A stretch of 44,827 nucleotides of DNA from a virus. Lineage: Duplodnaviria > Caudoviricetes. The first letter of the stretch is position 1. Each line of letters starts with the position of its first letter. Where the stretch lies: the IMG/VR virus record IMGVR_UViG_3300032233_002597, positions 1-44,827 of that record, one strand, 5' to 3'. Position numbers and translations under genes: made by a program. The notes under the pieces were generated by a model. The model was given only the letters and a program-made list of their open reading frames with translations. It was not told the origin of the DNA and did not search any database. Shown one piece after another: positions 8,225 through 18,285 of this stretch.

Positions 8225-9168
8225 AACTTACGTCCAACTACACCACTTGATTCTACATCTATTTTAACCGATTGATATGGAATAGTCAAGGAGTCCTTTT
8301 CAGAAAATACTAGAAAAAATCCACCATTACCAGCACCACAAAGTTTATGGGCAAGAACAGTATCATTTTCATTTAATTGTTCATCTATTTCTTTGATAGT
8401 AGAACTCTCAGTAATTGTAGAACTTGTTTTCTTCTTTTGAATCCAGCTCTTGTTTAGATAGTTAAGAAACTTACCATAATCCTTTTGAAGAAGAGCATCA
8501 TATGCCTTATCTACAGTTGCAAGAAGTGGCTTTGACTTATCGATATTATCAGTCACATCCTTCAAAACATTTTTGGAATTACGAGTTACACCAGTAAACA
8601 CAAGATGGGCATCATAAAGTTTGAAGAACTCTGTTGGTAGGAAATCATATTTTACGATTCCACCTTTTTTAAATTCCATTCTTTTAAATCCACCAATACC
8701 ACACCCATAAGGATCTTGATATCCACAATAAGGATTCATTTCCAATTCTAATTGATATGCAAGTTCACAAATTTCAATATCAGTCATCTGCAAATCATTA
8801 AATATGGAAATGCATTTAATTAAACTAATAATATAAGATGAAGACGATGCCAATCCACTTCCCTGTGAATAAGCATCACTCGTCATTGAGACATTGATCG
8901 GAAAAACTTTAAAATGATTAAGAACAATTCTCACCAATTCATTTTGAATATCTCCAATAAATTCAGTTTCTTCTCTCTTAGAATAATTTACAATATATTT
9001 GCTTTGATTATGATTATAACCAATCTTATCTTCATGAAGAGTGATATAAGTTTTTAAATTACAAGAAAAACTAATCACAGATCCATACCCATACTTTTCT
9101 ACAAAATATGGATTATCCGTAGAACCACCAAACAAAGAAACTCTAAGAGGGCAATGGGAAATAATCAT
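8221..9168 (-). CDS. hddA: GHMP sugar kinase, D-glycero-alpha-D-manno-heptose-7-phosphate kinase-like
   Basis: PLRVSLFGGSTD, GSGLASSSS, GYQDPY, KLCGAGNGGF; adjacent to gmhA. Confidence 0.82.
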   Translation of the reverse strand: MIISHCPLRVSLFGGSTDNPYFVEKYGYGSVISFSCNLKTYITLHEDKIGYNHNQSKYIVNYSKREETEFIGDIQNELVRIVLNHFKVFPINVSMTSDAYSQGSGLASSSSYIISLIKCISIFNDLQMTDIEICELAYQLELEMNPYCGYQDPYGCGIGGFKRMEFKKGGIVKYDFLPTEFFKLYDAHLVFTGVTRNSKNVLKDVTDNIDKSKPLLATVDKAYDALLQKDYGKFLNYLNKSWIQKKKTSSTITESSTIKEIDEQLNENDTVLAHKLCGAGNGGFFLVFSEKDSLTIPYQSVKIDVESSGVVGRKL

Positions 9169-9941
9169 TTTAGAGAAAATACATCTTTAATGAATTCTTG
9201 AGGAACATTATCTGGCATGGGGATTATAGCTTCAGATTTACATCCACTAAACCACCAAGCACATTCAGTAAATGTACTTCCAAATGTTCCAATAATTTTA
9301 GGACATTTAGAAAGAAGAAGCATATCAATAAAAGCATTCATATTGTCTATAGTATCATAATTATGGCACGACTCAGCCATATTTGGAGTAACATAACGAT
9401 TTTGAGGATACTGAATAATTCTATCTCCATACTTTTGAATAAAGTATTCTGATGTGTTTGCATTATCAGTGCATAGAAAAATCTTAGCATTAGAATCACA
9501 CTTTTCAATTTGATTTTCAAAAAGTGAATTGCTATGCCAGGAACTTCTACTACAATACCAAGATCTAATATGAACACCTATTACATTTTCCCATTCATTT
9601 GAAAATGAATTTACAATTTTAACAATTTCAGAGTTTATTTTAAAATTGGAAAAAATTGCCGAATATTTTTCTATAAAATAATTTGGCGTTTTTTCATACA
9701 AAAAATCTATTGTATTATAAGTATCGATGTATTTTTGCTCATATTCTTCAACATCTAAACGCCAACCATCAACTTTTGGATATTTAACAATATCATCTTG
9801 AGTGGATTTTTGAATATTATCAAACAAGATAGTATCTGGTTCTCTGGATGTTTTAACAATATCATATTTTGCCATTGAACTGGCATATACTTTAATGCGA
9901 TTTCCTAATCCACCAGTAGCAAGGCTAATTACTGTATTCAT
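9165..9941 (-). CDS. Fucosyltransferase-fold (GT23/NodZ/O-FucT-like) glycosyltransferase
   Basis: GGLGNR, IGVHIR, IFLCTDN, DMLLLSKC, STF motifs. Confidence 0.7.
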   Translation of the reverse strand: MNTVISLATGGLGNRIKVYASSMAKYDIVKTSREPDTILFDNIQKSTQDDIVKYPKVDGWRLDVEEYEQKYIDTYNTIDFLYEKTPNYFIEKYSAIFSNFKINSEIVKIVNSFSNEWENVIGVHIRSWYCSRSSWHSNSLFENQIEKCDSNAKIFLCTDNANTSEYFIQKYGDRIIQYPQNRYVTPNMAESCHNYDTIDNMNAFIDMLLLSKCPKIIGTFGSTFTECAWWFSGCKSEAIIPMPDNVPQEFIKDVFSLK

Positions 9942-10639
9942 TTTCTAATAAAGAATAAACCCCTTTCATAAAAATGGGATGTATAGTTTTCCATAGAAGT
10001 TCCATCCCAAGGTGTTACAATATTTTCATAACTAGGATCTGTTTTCATAAACTCAAAATCTTCTCCGCATTTATCTCTAAGAATTTGAGTTTCTTCTTTT
10101 TGATATTCAAATCCATTTTTTTCAAGCAAATCAATCCAATATGATTCTGGTTGAAGATTTACATGATGATATCCACCTTGATTAGGTCCAGCATATGTTA
10201 TTGCAAGATGCTTACAAACTTTAAAGTCATCAATAAAATTTTGAGCAAATTCTTCATAGACATGCTCAACAAACTCACATGACCAACCTAAATCTACACT
10301 AATATCTTTTCCAACTTTACCACCAAATTCTATTTCATTAGTATCAAAAACAGATCCAGATTCATAATCATGAACAATGTGACATTCTGGAATCAAAGAA
10401 TTTTTTTTAGCTTCTACACTTCCATCAACTAATAATACTTCACAATTTAAAGATTCAAAAAATTTGGAAGCATATCCAACACCACATCCAATATCCAATG
10501 TACTTTTTATATCGTATTTTTTTATTAGATACTCCCACATAATAGGATAATATGTTGCAGGATCACCACCAATACTACATCCTCCAAGATGTCCTTCTCG
10601 TATTTCTTCGCCAAAAGTTTGAACTAAAATTTCAGACAT
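9938..10639 (-). CDS. Class I SAM-dependent methyltransferase
   Basis: LDIGCGVG, WSCEFVEHV, PNQGGYHHVNLQ. Confidence 0.88.
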   Translation of the reverse strand: MSEILVQTFGEEIREGHLGGCSIGGDPATYYPIMWEYLIKKYDIKSTLDIGCGVGYASKFFESLNCEVLLVDGSVEAKKNSLIPECHIVHDYESGSVFDTNEIEFGGKVGKDISVDLGWSCEFVEHVYEEFAQNFIDDFKVCKHLAITYAGPNQGGYHHVNLQPESYWIDLLEKNGFEYQKEETQILRDKCGEDFEFMKTDPSYENIVTPWDGTSMENYTSHFYERGLFFIRK

Positions 10640-11463
10640 TAATTTACTCCATATTTTTTTAAATAATTTTGTGAAGAATAATATTCTTCTAATTCTTCTT
10701 TATTCATTTTTTGAATCTCTTCCCACACAGAAAAATTATTTGGCATATAAGGATTCTTTTGTGCCGAAACTGGCCAAGAATTTGCTCCACGACTATGTTC
10801 TAAATGATAAACAAATTCATCAATTCTACCAATATTATAACCAAGAGTATTGAACCTATAAAATCTTTCTTTATCTTCAGGAGAAGAACCTTTAAAGTTT
10901 TCATTCTCCATACCAGCATTAAAGTAAGATTTTGTACTCAATACCTGAACATGCCCATATTGAGCATCAGAAATATTTGATTTGGCATCAAGAATAGAAA
11001 AATCCAATTCATTCAAAAATTCACTAACATCCTCATCATTAACGTTAACTTGTTTTTGATAATTACCAAATCCATATGGATACACAATATCACACCCATC
11101 ACGAATCATCTGTGCAGCCTTTTCATAGGTTTCTACATGAAGAAGAACATCTGAATCATAATTAAAAACAATGTCAGTTGAAACCATTGCAAGCATTTCA
11201 TTAATGATCTGCATACGATAAAATACGGGATCATCAGATTTTTCAAATACGTGAGTAAGATTATCAATCTTATCTTCCACATATTCTGCAATTTGTGGAA
11301 GAGCGTATTCGGAAAACAACGGTTGAGAATCAACTTCTTTAATAATCACCTTAGAATCAAAGGTTTCAAGAAGAAATCCAACAGTTGTAATAATATTCCT
11401 TACTCTATCAGCAGAATCAATCCTAAGAGGAATGATAAAAGTTGCATCCGATAATTTTGTCAT
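10639..11463 (-). CDS. Glycosyltransferase (GT-A, galactosyltransferase/GT7 C-terminal-like)
   Basis: FIIPLRIDS.DR, NYDSDV (DxD), GMENENFKGSSPEDKER, YHLEH. Confidence 0.8.
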   Translation of the reverse strand: MTKLSDATFIIPLRIDSADRVRNIITTVGFLLETFDSKVIIKEVDSQPLFSEYALPQIAEYVEDKIDNLTHVFEKSDDPVFYRMQIINEMLAMVSTDIVFNYDSDVLLHVETYEKAAQMIRDGCDIVYPYGFGNYQKQVNVNDEDVSEFLNELDFSILDAKSNISDAQYGHVQVLSTKSYFNAGMENENFKGSSPEDKERFYRFNTLGYNIGRIDEFVYHLEHSRGANSWPVSAQKNPYMPNNFSVWEEIQKMNKEELEEYYSSQNYLKKYGVN

Positions 11464-12266
11464 AGATCAATTCTAGTCCATTCAATTGGAAATAAATCTT
11501 CAGTATTAATGTAAGATAGGTTGTCACCATACCATTTAATAGGCGAAATTACTTTTTTGTTGGGATCATTTCCCAACCAAGCTCCCCACCAACTAAAAGT
11601 ACTATTAGATATTATATAATCTTTACATCTAGAAGTCAAGCATAAGTCATAAAATGACTTACTAATTCCTTTAGGAATATTCTCATTAAAAATAAAATTA
11701 TCACCCTTAAAAATTTCTTGTTCTTTGCACCAATCAATATTATTGGAACATATTATATATTTTCTATTTTTTCCCATCATTTCAATAGCACTTTCATAAT
11801 ATTCCAATGGTAAGTTACGATGATTATATTCACATCCAGGATAATCAAAACCATCTTCATATCTACGAGCTACTATAGATACTGCATTTTCAAGAATACT
11901 CTCGGAATAATTTTTACTTATTTCCGAATTAATATCATTATTAAACTGAAAATCTTCACGAATAATTTTTTCAACATTTTTGAAATATTTTTCACTTTGA
12001 AAATAACCGTGCAAAGTTACCTCATCAGGACATTGCGTCATTATATCTTCGCAAAATTCATGTGATTCATGTAGATGAACTTCTGATCCATCAATATTAC
12101 CAAAGTGTTTTAGATTTTTCATCACAAAACACTTCGTCAAATCTTGAGTTTCACTTGGAATACACCAATCAAAACCTCTATTATATGCAATACCAACCAT
12201 AGAAGCATACTGGAACATTTGATTTCCCAGCCTACCCATATTTCCAATTATATTAAATCCAATCAT
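11460..12266 (-). CDS. Alpha-1,2-fucosyltransferase-like, GT11 (divergent copy)
   Basis: GRLGNQMFQYA, GYFQSEKYF, SNSTFSWWGAWL; motif I reads IVARRYED instead of HVRRGDY. Confidence 0.88.
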   Translation of the reverse strand: MIGFNIIGNMGRLGNQMFQYASMVGIAYNRGFDWCIPSETQDLTKCFVMKNLKHFGNIDGSEVHLHESHEFCEDIMTQCPDEVTLHGYFQSEKYFKNVEKIIREDFQFNNDINSEISKNYSESILENAVSIVARRYEDGFDYPGCEYNHRNLPLEYYESAIEMMGKNRKYIICSNNIDWCKEQEIFKGDNFIFNENIPKGISKSFYDLCLTSRCKDYIISNSTFSWWGAWLGNDPNKKVISPIKWYGDNLSYINTEDLFPIEWTRIDL

Positions 12267-13066
12267 TGATACATCTCTCTATTTTGTTCCCAAAGCCTAA
12301 GATCTTCAATGTCTCCAACATCCATAGATTCATATCCTTCAAAGTCCCTTGGTGATCCTTTGAACCAATGATTTACATCACCACGATTCATTTTTACATT
12401 TTGCCAGTATTCTCTCGATTGAAGTTGATAATGATTTATAAGAAGTTCTGGATTATCTGGCATTGCTTGAGTTGAAATATTCACCATATTACCATCAGTA
12501 ATAGCAGTATGTGTCTCAAAAGATTGGACATTAAAGTTAGAATTCAATATTAATTTAGGTGCATTAAATTGCACCCACTCTGGAGGTAATCCAGGGGGTT
12601 TCATATAAATTTGTTGATTATATTCACACCTTTTAGTAAATCCTTCAACTACAAATTTTGGTTGCATAATATGTCCATTTGAATTAAACCAAACCCAATT
12701 AGCAATTACCCCAGCATGAGATTCATATTTGCGAAGAATATTTTTCAAATCTTTTGTTTTTGGACTATAAAGATATTCATCAAGATCTACATTAGCAAGC
12801 CACTGACTTTCTTTAAAGATTGGTTTGAAGAATTTATTATTCATATCAATCTGACGACCAGTATATCTTTCTGGATTATCATTTTGATATAAAGTAACAA
12901 ACCCATCTTCAATATAAGGTTGAAGAATGGATAGATAATCATCAGTACTAAAATCATTTACAAGATAGACATGATCCACTCCATGAAATTTGTAATGATC
13001 TAACCATTCTTTCATTCCCCAACTTTCATTTTTAAAAATTGAAGTGACTGACAAATAATATTTCAT
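12263..13066 (-). CDS. Glycosyltransferase GT92/GT2-like
   Basis: IFKNE...EWLDHY..GVDHVYL.ND.STD, VDLDEYL, INHY. Confidence 0.8.
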   Translation of the reverse strand: MKYYLSVTSIFKNESWGMKEWLDHYKFHGVDHVYLVNDFSTDDYLSILQPYIEDGFVTLYQNDNPERYTGRQIDMNNKFFKPIFKESQWLANVDLDEYLYSPKTKDLKNILRKYESHAGVIANWVWFNSNGHIMQPKFVVEGFTKRCEYNQQIYMKPPGLPPEWVQFNAPKLILNSNFNVQSFETHTAITDGNMVNISTQAMPDNPELLINHYQLQSREYWQNVKMNRGDVNHWFKGSPRDFEGYESMDVGDIEDLRLWEQNREMYQ

Positions 13067-13830
13067 CGACTTAGAATTTCTTTTTTATTTTCTGGAGCAT
13101 GAATAAATGCTGGGTTATGAGAGAATTGATTTGAAGGAATATTGCCAGGGAAAGCAAATTTTGGATGAAGGACATTAAATTTATCTTTATTATCCAACCG
13201 AAAACGGTTTAGATGACTTTCATCATGGGCTCTAGCAAGAACTTTATTCTCAATATCAACATTTACACGACGATCAAGTTCATCAATCATATCTAAAACT
13301 TCAGGTATTTTTCCGCCCCATACACATCCTTGAAGATAAACTCCATCATCTTCGGAAGGATCAACGTAAGTCAAAGAAAGAGTATTTCTTTCATGTGGCA
13401 TAGTTCCAGTATTAAGCGACCAAGATTCATGGAAAGTTGGATGTTGAACACCAATGAATGGTTTAGTATCATCAAAGAATTCTTCAATAGTTTCTACACA
13501 AAACATATCTGCATCAATAAACATAAACCAATCAAACTCTTTAAGTTGTTCATTTATCATCTTGATAATGGAAAACCTACGAAGTCCTCCAACAGATTGA
13601 TGCATAAGATTATACCAATTACTTGGATCATAATCTGCTTGATCAATATCAGCATCCTCTTTAATATCTACTAAAGTAATATTATCTGGAATACCATCAA
13701 TATCACCATCAGTAAAAACAAAAAAATGTTTTTTATCTTTGGGAAGAAACTTTTCATTAAAAGTTTCATAATATTGTTCTAGAAAATTAAGATATTTTCC
13801 TGTACCAATAAAAGCAATAGCAATTTTCAT
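13063..13830 (-). CDS. Glycosyltransferase family 6 (alpha-1,3-Gal/GalNAc transferase-like)
   Basis: IGTGKY, FFVFTD, IDADM (DxD), QHP, QGCVWGG, HDESHLN. TAATG coupling sets the start at 13830. Confidence 0.88.
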   Translation of the reverse strand: MKIAIAFIGTGKYLNFLEQYYETFNEKFLPKDKKHFFVFTDGDIDGIPDNITLVDIKEDADIDQADYDPSNWYNLMHQSVGGLRRFSIIKMINEQLKEFDWFMFIDADMFCVETIEEFFDDTKPFIGVQHPTFHESWSLNTGTMPHERNTLSLTYVDPSEDDGVYLQGCVWGGKIPEVLDMIDELDRRVNVDIENKVLARAHDESHLNRFRLDNKDKFNVLHPKFAFPGNIPSNQFSHNPAFIHAPENKKEILSR

Positions 13831-14441
13831 TAGAACCACTCCTCAACTAAAATACCAGATTCCTTTAAAACTTCTTTATATTCTTCTTTAAGATTTTTAT
13901 ATTTACTTTTTGGTTCAAAAAACCTTTCATGAAATTCACAATAAAAATCATTAATCAGTTTATATGATCCATCTTCAATCATAGAAGGAAGAACTTCAAA
14001 TTCCGCTCCTTCAATATCCATCTTAACCAAAACAAAATCATCTGCAGTTACATTTTCTTGTAAAAATTTTGAAAAATTAACTGTTTCTACAGGAACCTCT
14101 TCTTCTTGATATGTAAATCCACAGTGATAGGTATGATCATAATCTGGAGGATCAGATAGAATATTTGATCCTTGGCTAAAATGTCCATCAGCATAAGGAC
14201 CTCCATCATCTTTGGAGCAATTTACATTAATAGTTCCCTCTTGATTATAAACTGCCTTATTGAAGTGCGTGATATTATAGCCATTTTCAACAAGTTGATT
14301 ATAGGCATCCTGAGATCTTTGATATGTAAAAGGATTTGCTTCGAAACAAAAGCATTTCCATTCACTATCAATATTATACTTTTCAGCAAATTGATTAAAA
14401 CCTTGGAACAAATGAGTTCCACAATCAATAAAAATTTTCAT
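13830..14441 (-). CDS. FkbM-family methyltransferase
   Basis: FIDCG, FEANP, VKMDIEGAEF, CEFH. Confidence 0.88.
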   Translation of the reverse strand: MKIFIDCGTHLFQGFNQFAEKYNIDSEWKCFCFEANPFTYQRSQDAYNQLVENGYNITHFNKAVYNQEGTINVNCSKDDGGPYADGHFSQGSNILSDPPDYDHTYHCGFTYQEEEVPVETVNFSKFLQENVTADDFVLVKMDIEGAEFEVLPSMIEDGSYKLINDFYCEFHERFFEPKSKYKNLKEEYKEVLKESGILVEEWF

Positions 14442-15604
14442 AATTCCTCCAAAATAGATTTAAGCAAACTTAATTCTTTATCGCCAATAAAATGATTATT
14501 GCCTAAGTATATTCCATTAGTGTGCATATAATCTACAGTTAAATCATTTTTTTCGGTGGTAATTTTATACCCAGATAAGAATGGTTGTTTAAGTAGATTT
14601 CCGCTAATAATAGGTCTATGCTCAATACCAACATCATCAAAAATTGTTCTCATTCTATCCGCCAATTCTTTGGTTCTACAAATTAAAGGGAAACAAAAAT
14701 TACTACAGGTTTTTGGAAATAGAGGTATATAAAAATCAAGTGAATATTTAGAAATCAATTCAATAAATTTTTTGTAATTTTGATTTCGTTTTTTGATATA
14801 CTTATCTAGTCGTTTAAGTTGAGACAGTCCAAGAACAGCACAGATCTCATGATTTCTAAAATTATATCCATCAGTTAAGAATAAAAATTGATTGGAAATA
14901 TCTGGATATTGTTTTGAGTAGTAATGAAATTTTTCAGATTCTCTTGCTAGTCCATGACTTCTTTTAATTCTCATTAAATCATACAACTCATAATTATTTG
15001 TGGAAATCATTCCACCTTCAATAGTAGATATATGATGTCCAAAGTAAAAACTAAAGGTTGCTCCTAAACTATCAGATCCTCTTTTAGATCCATCTGAAGA
15101 TTTACAACCATGAGATTCGCAAATATCATCAAGAATTAAAGCATTTGGAAATAATTCCCTATACTTTTCCACATTAGCAGAATACCCAATAAGATGAGTA
15201 ACAAAGATTAATTTAATATCCGAATGCACTTTAGCAATATGCTCAAGATTTTCTTCACAAAAACTAAAATTATCTAAATTAATATCGCAAAAAATAGGTG
15301 TAAATCCAAGCTGAATTACTGGACCGACATTTGTAACCCATGTACAGGCAGGAACTAAAACCTTATCACCATCTTTAAGATTGTAAAGTTCTTTTACTGC
15401 AGAAAGAAGAAGATAATTTGCCGTACTTCCAGAGGAGACATATAAAGAATATTTTGATCCTAACCAATCATTCCACTTAGATTCAAACTCCCTGACTTTC
15501 TTACCATTGGTAAACCTATCCGAAAAAAGAACAAATTTTGCTAATTTTAATCTATCGGCAAACGTTATATTATTTTTCATCAAAGGCCAAATAAATTTTT
15601 TCAT
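14438..15604 (-). CDS. PLP-dependent DegT-family enzyme, ColD-like GDP-4-keto-6-deoxymannose 3-dehydratase
   Basis: SSGSTAN, DDICESHG, SFYFGHHISTIEGGM with His in place of the catalytic Lys, GYNFR. Confidence 0.8.
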   Translation of the reverse strand: MKKFIWPLMKNNITFADRLKLAKFVLFSDRFTNGKKVREFESKWNDWLGSKYSLYVSSGSTANYLLLSAVKELYNLKDGDKVLVPACTWVTNVGPVIQLGFTPIFCDINLDNFSFCEENLEHIAKVHSDIKLIFVTHLIGYSANVEKYRELFPNALILDDICESHGCKSSDGSKRGSDSLGATFSFYFGHHISTIEGGMISTNNYELYDLMRIKRSHGLARESEKFHYYSKQYPDISNQFLFLTDGYNFRNHEICAVLGLSQLKRLDKYIKKRNQNYKKFIELISKYSLDFYIPLFPKTCSNFCFPLICRTKELADRMRTIFDDVGIEHRPIISGNLLKQPFLSGYKITTEKNDLTVDYMHTNGIYLGNNHFIGDKELSLLKSILEEL

Positions 15605-16374
15605 ATCGTTTCCCATCTTTTTGGAATTATATCTTCAACATTTAAATGCTGATTATTAGATCCAGCAAACCACCCAGAAGGAGCAATTACTTTATTATTC
15701 TCTGCTAACCACGCACCCCACCAAGAGAATGAAGAGTTGGCGATAATATGATCAGAACACAAAGTCATAAGACACAAATCAATATATGTATCTCCTGTTT
15801 CAGATACAGAAAATCTATCATCAGAAAATAATTCTTGCTTTAAACACCATTTTGGATCATCAGAAAAAATAATAACTTCTCTATCATTATCAAACATACT
15901 TAATGCTTGTTTATAATAATCTAAAGGTAAAGCAGTATGATTTGGATTTGTAACGTAATCAGTTCTACGAATATGAAGTGAAATTGGATTTTTAAAGTTT
16001 GATATCAAGTAATAACCAGTTTTGATAATTTCATCTTTAAATTGAAAATCATTTTTTATTTCTTCTTTAATATTCTCAAAATATTTTTCAGTTTGATAAA
16101 ATCCCCACAAAGATACATTATCTGGACAATTATTAAAAAGTTCTTGATCAAAAGAAAAACTTTTTTCCGATACTGCTGGATAATTTGTAAAGGAAGTTTT
16201 TGACTTTAAATTGAAACAAGTAAAAAGTTGGTGATCATTCCAAATGTCGTTGCTCAATGATGGGGGAATACAGTAATCATAACCCCTATTTCTAGCTATT
16301 CCTTTTAAAGAAGCATATTGAAACATCTGATTACCAAGCCTGCCCAATTTTCCTAAGGCATCAAATCCAATCAT
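15601..16374 (-). CDS. Alpha-1,2-fucosyl/colitosyltransferase, GT11
   Basis: GRLGNQMFQYA, SLHIRRTDY, IFSDD, ANSSFSWWGAWL. Confidence 0.92.
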   Translation of the reverse strand: MIGFDALGKLGRLGNQMFQYASLKGIARNRGYDYCIPPSLSNDIWNDHQLFTCFNLKSKTSFTNYPAVSEKSFSFDQELFNNCPDNVSLWGFYQTEKYFENIKEEIKNDFQFKDEIIKTGYYLISNFKNPISLHIRRTDYVTNPNHTALPLDYYKQALSMFDNDREVIIFSDDPKWCLKQELFSDDRFSVSETGDTYIDLCLMTLCSDHIIANSSFSWWGAWLAENNKVIAPSGWFAGSNNQHLNVEDIIPKRWETI

Positions 16375-17288
16375 TTTAAATACCACTCATAAGTTTTTTC
16401 AATGCCTTCACGAAGTTTAATTTTAGGTTCCCAACCAAAAGATTTAATCTTATCCACGTTTAGAACTTTTCTTGGAGTTCCATTTGGTTTAGTAAAGTCC
16501 CATAAAATCTCCCCAGGAAAACCAACCACATCAGAAATAATGTTTGCAAGTTCCCATATTCTAACATCCTCACCAGTTCCAACATTAATATGTTCTGGTT
16601 CATTATATTTTTGCATACAAATATAACATGCTTCTGCCAAATCATCAACATGTAGAAACTCTCTCATTGCAGAACCATCACCCCAAACAGTTACTGATTC
16701 ATTAGTTTTAAGTGCATTATGAAATTTAGCAATCATTGCAGGAAGAACATGCGATGTTTCTAAATCAAAATTATCATTCGGACCATAAAGATTTGTGGGC
16801 ATCAATGAGATAGCATTAAATCCATATTGCTGATGATATGCTTGGCAAAGTTTAACGCCTGCTATTTTTGCAAGTGCATAACCATCATTTGTTGGTTCAA
16901 GAGGACCAGTCATTAACTGATCTTCAGTAATTGGTTGATTTGCAAACTTGGGATAAATGCAGGAAGAACCAAGAAACAAAAGTTTGGTTACATCATTCAC
17001 CATAGAGTAATGAATGATGTTGTTCTGAATCATCAAGTTCTGATACAAAAAATCCCCACAATATTTTTTATTTGCCATGATACCACCAACCTTGGCGGCA
17101 GCAACAAAAACATACTCAGGTTTATTTCTTTCAAAAAATTCTTTAGTTTCCTCTTGATCAATAAAGTCAACTCTATTACGAGTTGCTTCAATGATATTAA
17201 AGTATCCTTTTGCTTTTAAATTTCTAACAATTGCAGATCCAACCATTCCATTGGCACCTGCAACCAAAATCTTACTATCACTGTCCAT
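16371..17288 (-). CDS. fcl: GDP-L-fucose synthase (possibly ColC-type GDP-colitose synthase)
   Basis: [44 protein letters not shown]. Confidence 0.95.
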   Translation of the reverse strand: MDSDSKILVAGANGMVGSAIVRNLKAKGYFNIIEATRNRVDFIDQEETKEFFERNKPEYVFVAAAKVGGIMANKKYCGDFLYQNLMIQNNIIHYSMVNDVTKLLFLGSSCIYPKFANQPITEDQLMTGPLEPTNDGYALAKIAGVKLCQAYHQQYGFNAISLMPTNLYGPNDNFDLETSHVLPAMIAKFHNALKTNESVTVWGDGSAMREFLHVDDLAEACYICMQKYNEPEHINVGTGEDVRIWELANIISDVVGFPGEILWDFTKPNGTPRKVLNVDKIKSFGWEPKIKLREGIEKTYEWYLK

Positions 17289-18285
17289 ATAAACACATGT
17301 CCTCAACTAATTGATCAAAAGAAATCTTAGGTTCCCAACCCAATTTATTCTTTGCCTTGGTGGCATCACCTAATAAAGATTCAACTTCAGCAGGTCGAAA
17401 ATATTTAGGATTCACTTTAATGATTGGTTTTCTACTAAACTTTTCAACACCCACTTCTTCAAGTCCTTCACCTTCCCATTCAATATAAAGCCCAAAATAA
17501 GGACTGGCGGCATTCACAAATTCTTTAACTGAATACTGTTCTCCAGTCGCAATTACATAATCATCAGGTTCATCCTGTTGAAGCATTAACCACATTGCCT
17601 CCACAAAATCCTTAGCATGTCCCCAGTCACGTTTAGCATTCAAGTTACCCAAATACAAACAATCCTGAAGTCCAACAGAAATCTTAGAGAGTGCCTGAGT
17701 AATCTTACGGGTTACAAATGTCTCACCACGACGGGGTGATTCGTGATTAAAAAGAATACCTGTACAGGCATACATTCCATATGCCTCACGATAGTTCTTT
17801 GTGATCCAGTACCCGTAGAGCTTCGCCACACCGTAGGGAGAGCGGGGGTAGAATGGCGTTGTCTCCTTCTGTGGAATTTCCTGAACTAGTCCATAGAGTT
17901 CGCTTGTAGACGCCTGGTAGATGCGTACACGTTCCTCCATACCAAGAAGACGCACTGCTTCAAGAACCCTAAGAGTTCCCATAGCGTCCACATCAGCAGT
18001 GTATTCAGGCATCTCAAAGGATACCTTAACATGACTTTGAGCACCAAGATTGTAAATTTCATCTGGTTGGACTTTTTGAATAACTCTGACTAAGTTAGTA
18101 GAATCAGTAAGATCACCGTAGTGAAGATTAAGACGATCATAAATCCCATCAATTCTGTGAGTATTGATAAGGGAAGATCTTCTGATGATTCCGTGTACTT
18201 CATAACCTTTTTCTAAAAGCAATTCGGCAAGATAAGATCCATCCTGCCCAGTAATACCAGTAATTAATGCAATTTTATTTTTCAT
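17278..18285 (-). CDS. gmd: GDP-mannose 4,6-dehydratase
   Basis: [39 protein letters not shown]. Confidence 0.98.
   Translation of the reverse strand: MKNKIALITGITGQDGSYLAELLLEKGYEVHGIIRRSSLINTHRIDGIYDRLNLHYGDLTDSTNLVRVIQKVQPDEIYNLGAQSHVKVSFEMPEYTADVDAMGTLRVLEAVRLLGMEERVRIYQASTSELYGLVQEIPQKETTPFYPRSPYGVAKLYGYWITKNYREAYGMYACTGILFNHESPRRGETFVTRKITQALSKISVGLQDCLYLGNLNAKRDWGHAKDFVEAMWLMLQQDEPDDYVIATGEQYSVKEFVNAASPYFGLYIEWEGEGLEEVGVEKFSRKPIIKVNPKYFRPAEVESLLGDATKAKNKLGWEPKISFDQLVEDMCLYGQ

Noticed and set aside
14438-15604. Perosamine synthase / ordinary sugar aminotransferase
   Set aside because: The catalytic Lys position is His (FGHH), which fits a 3-dehydratase.
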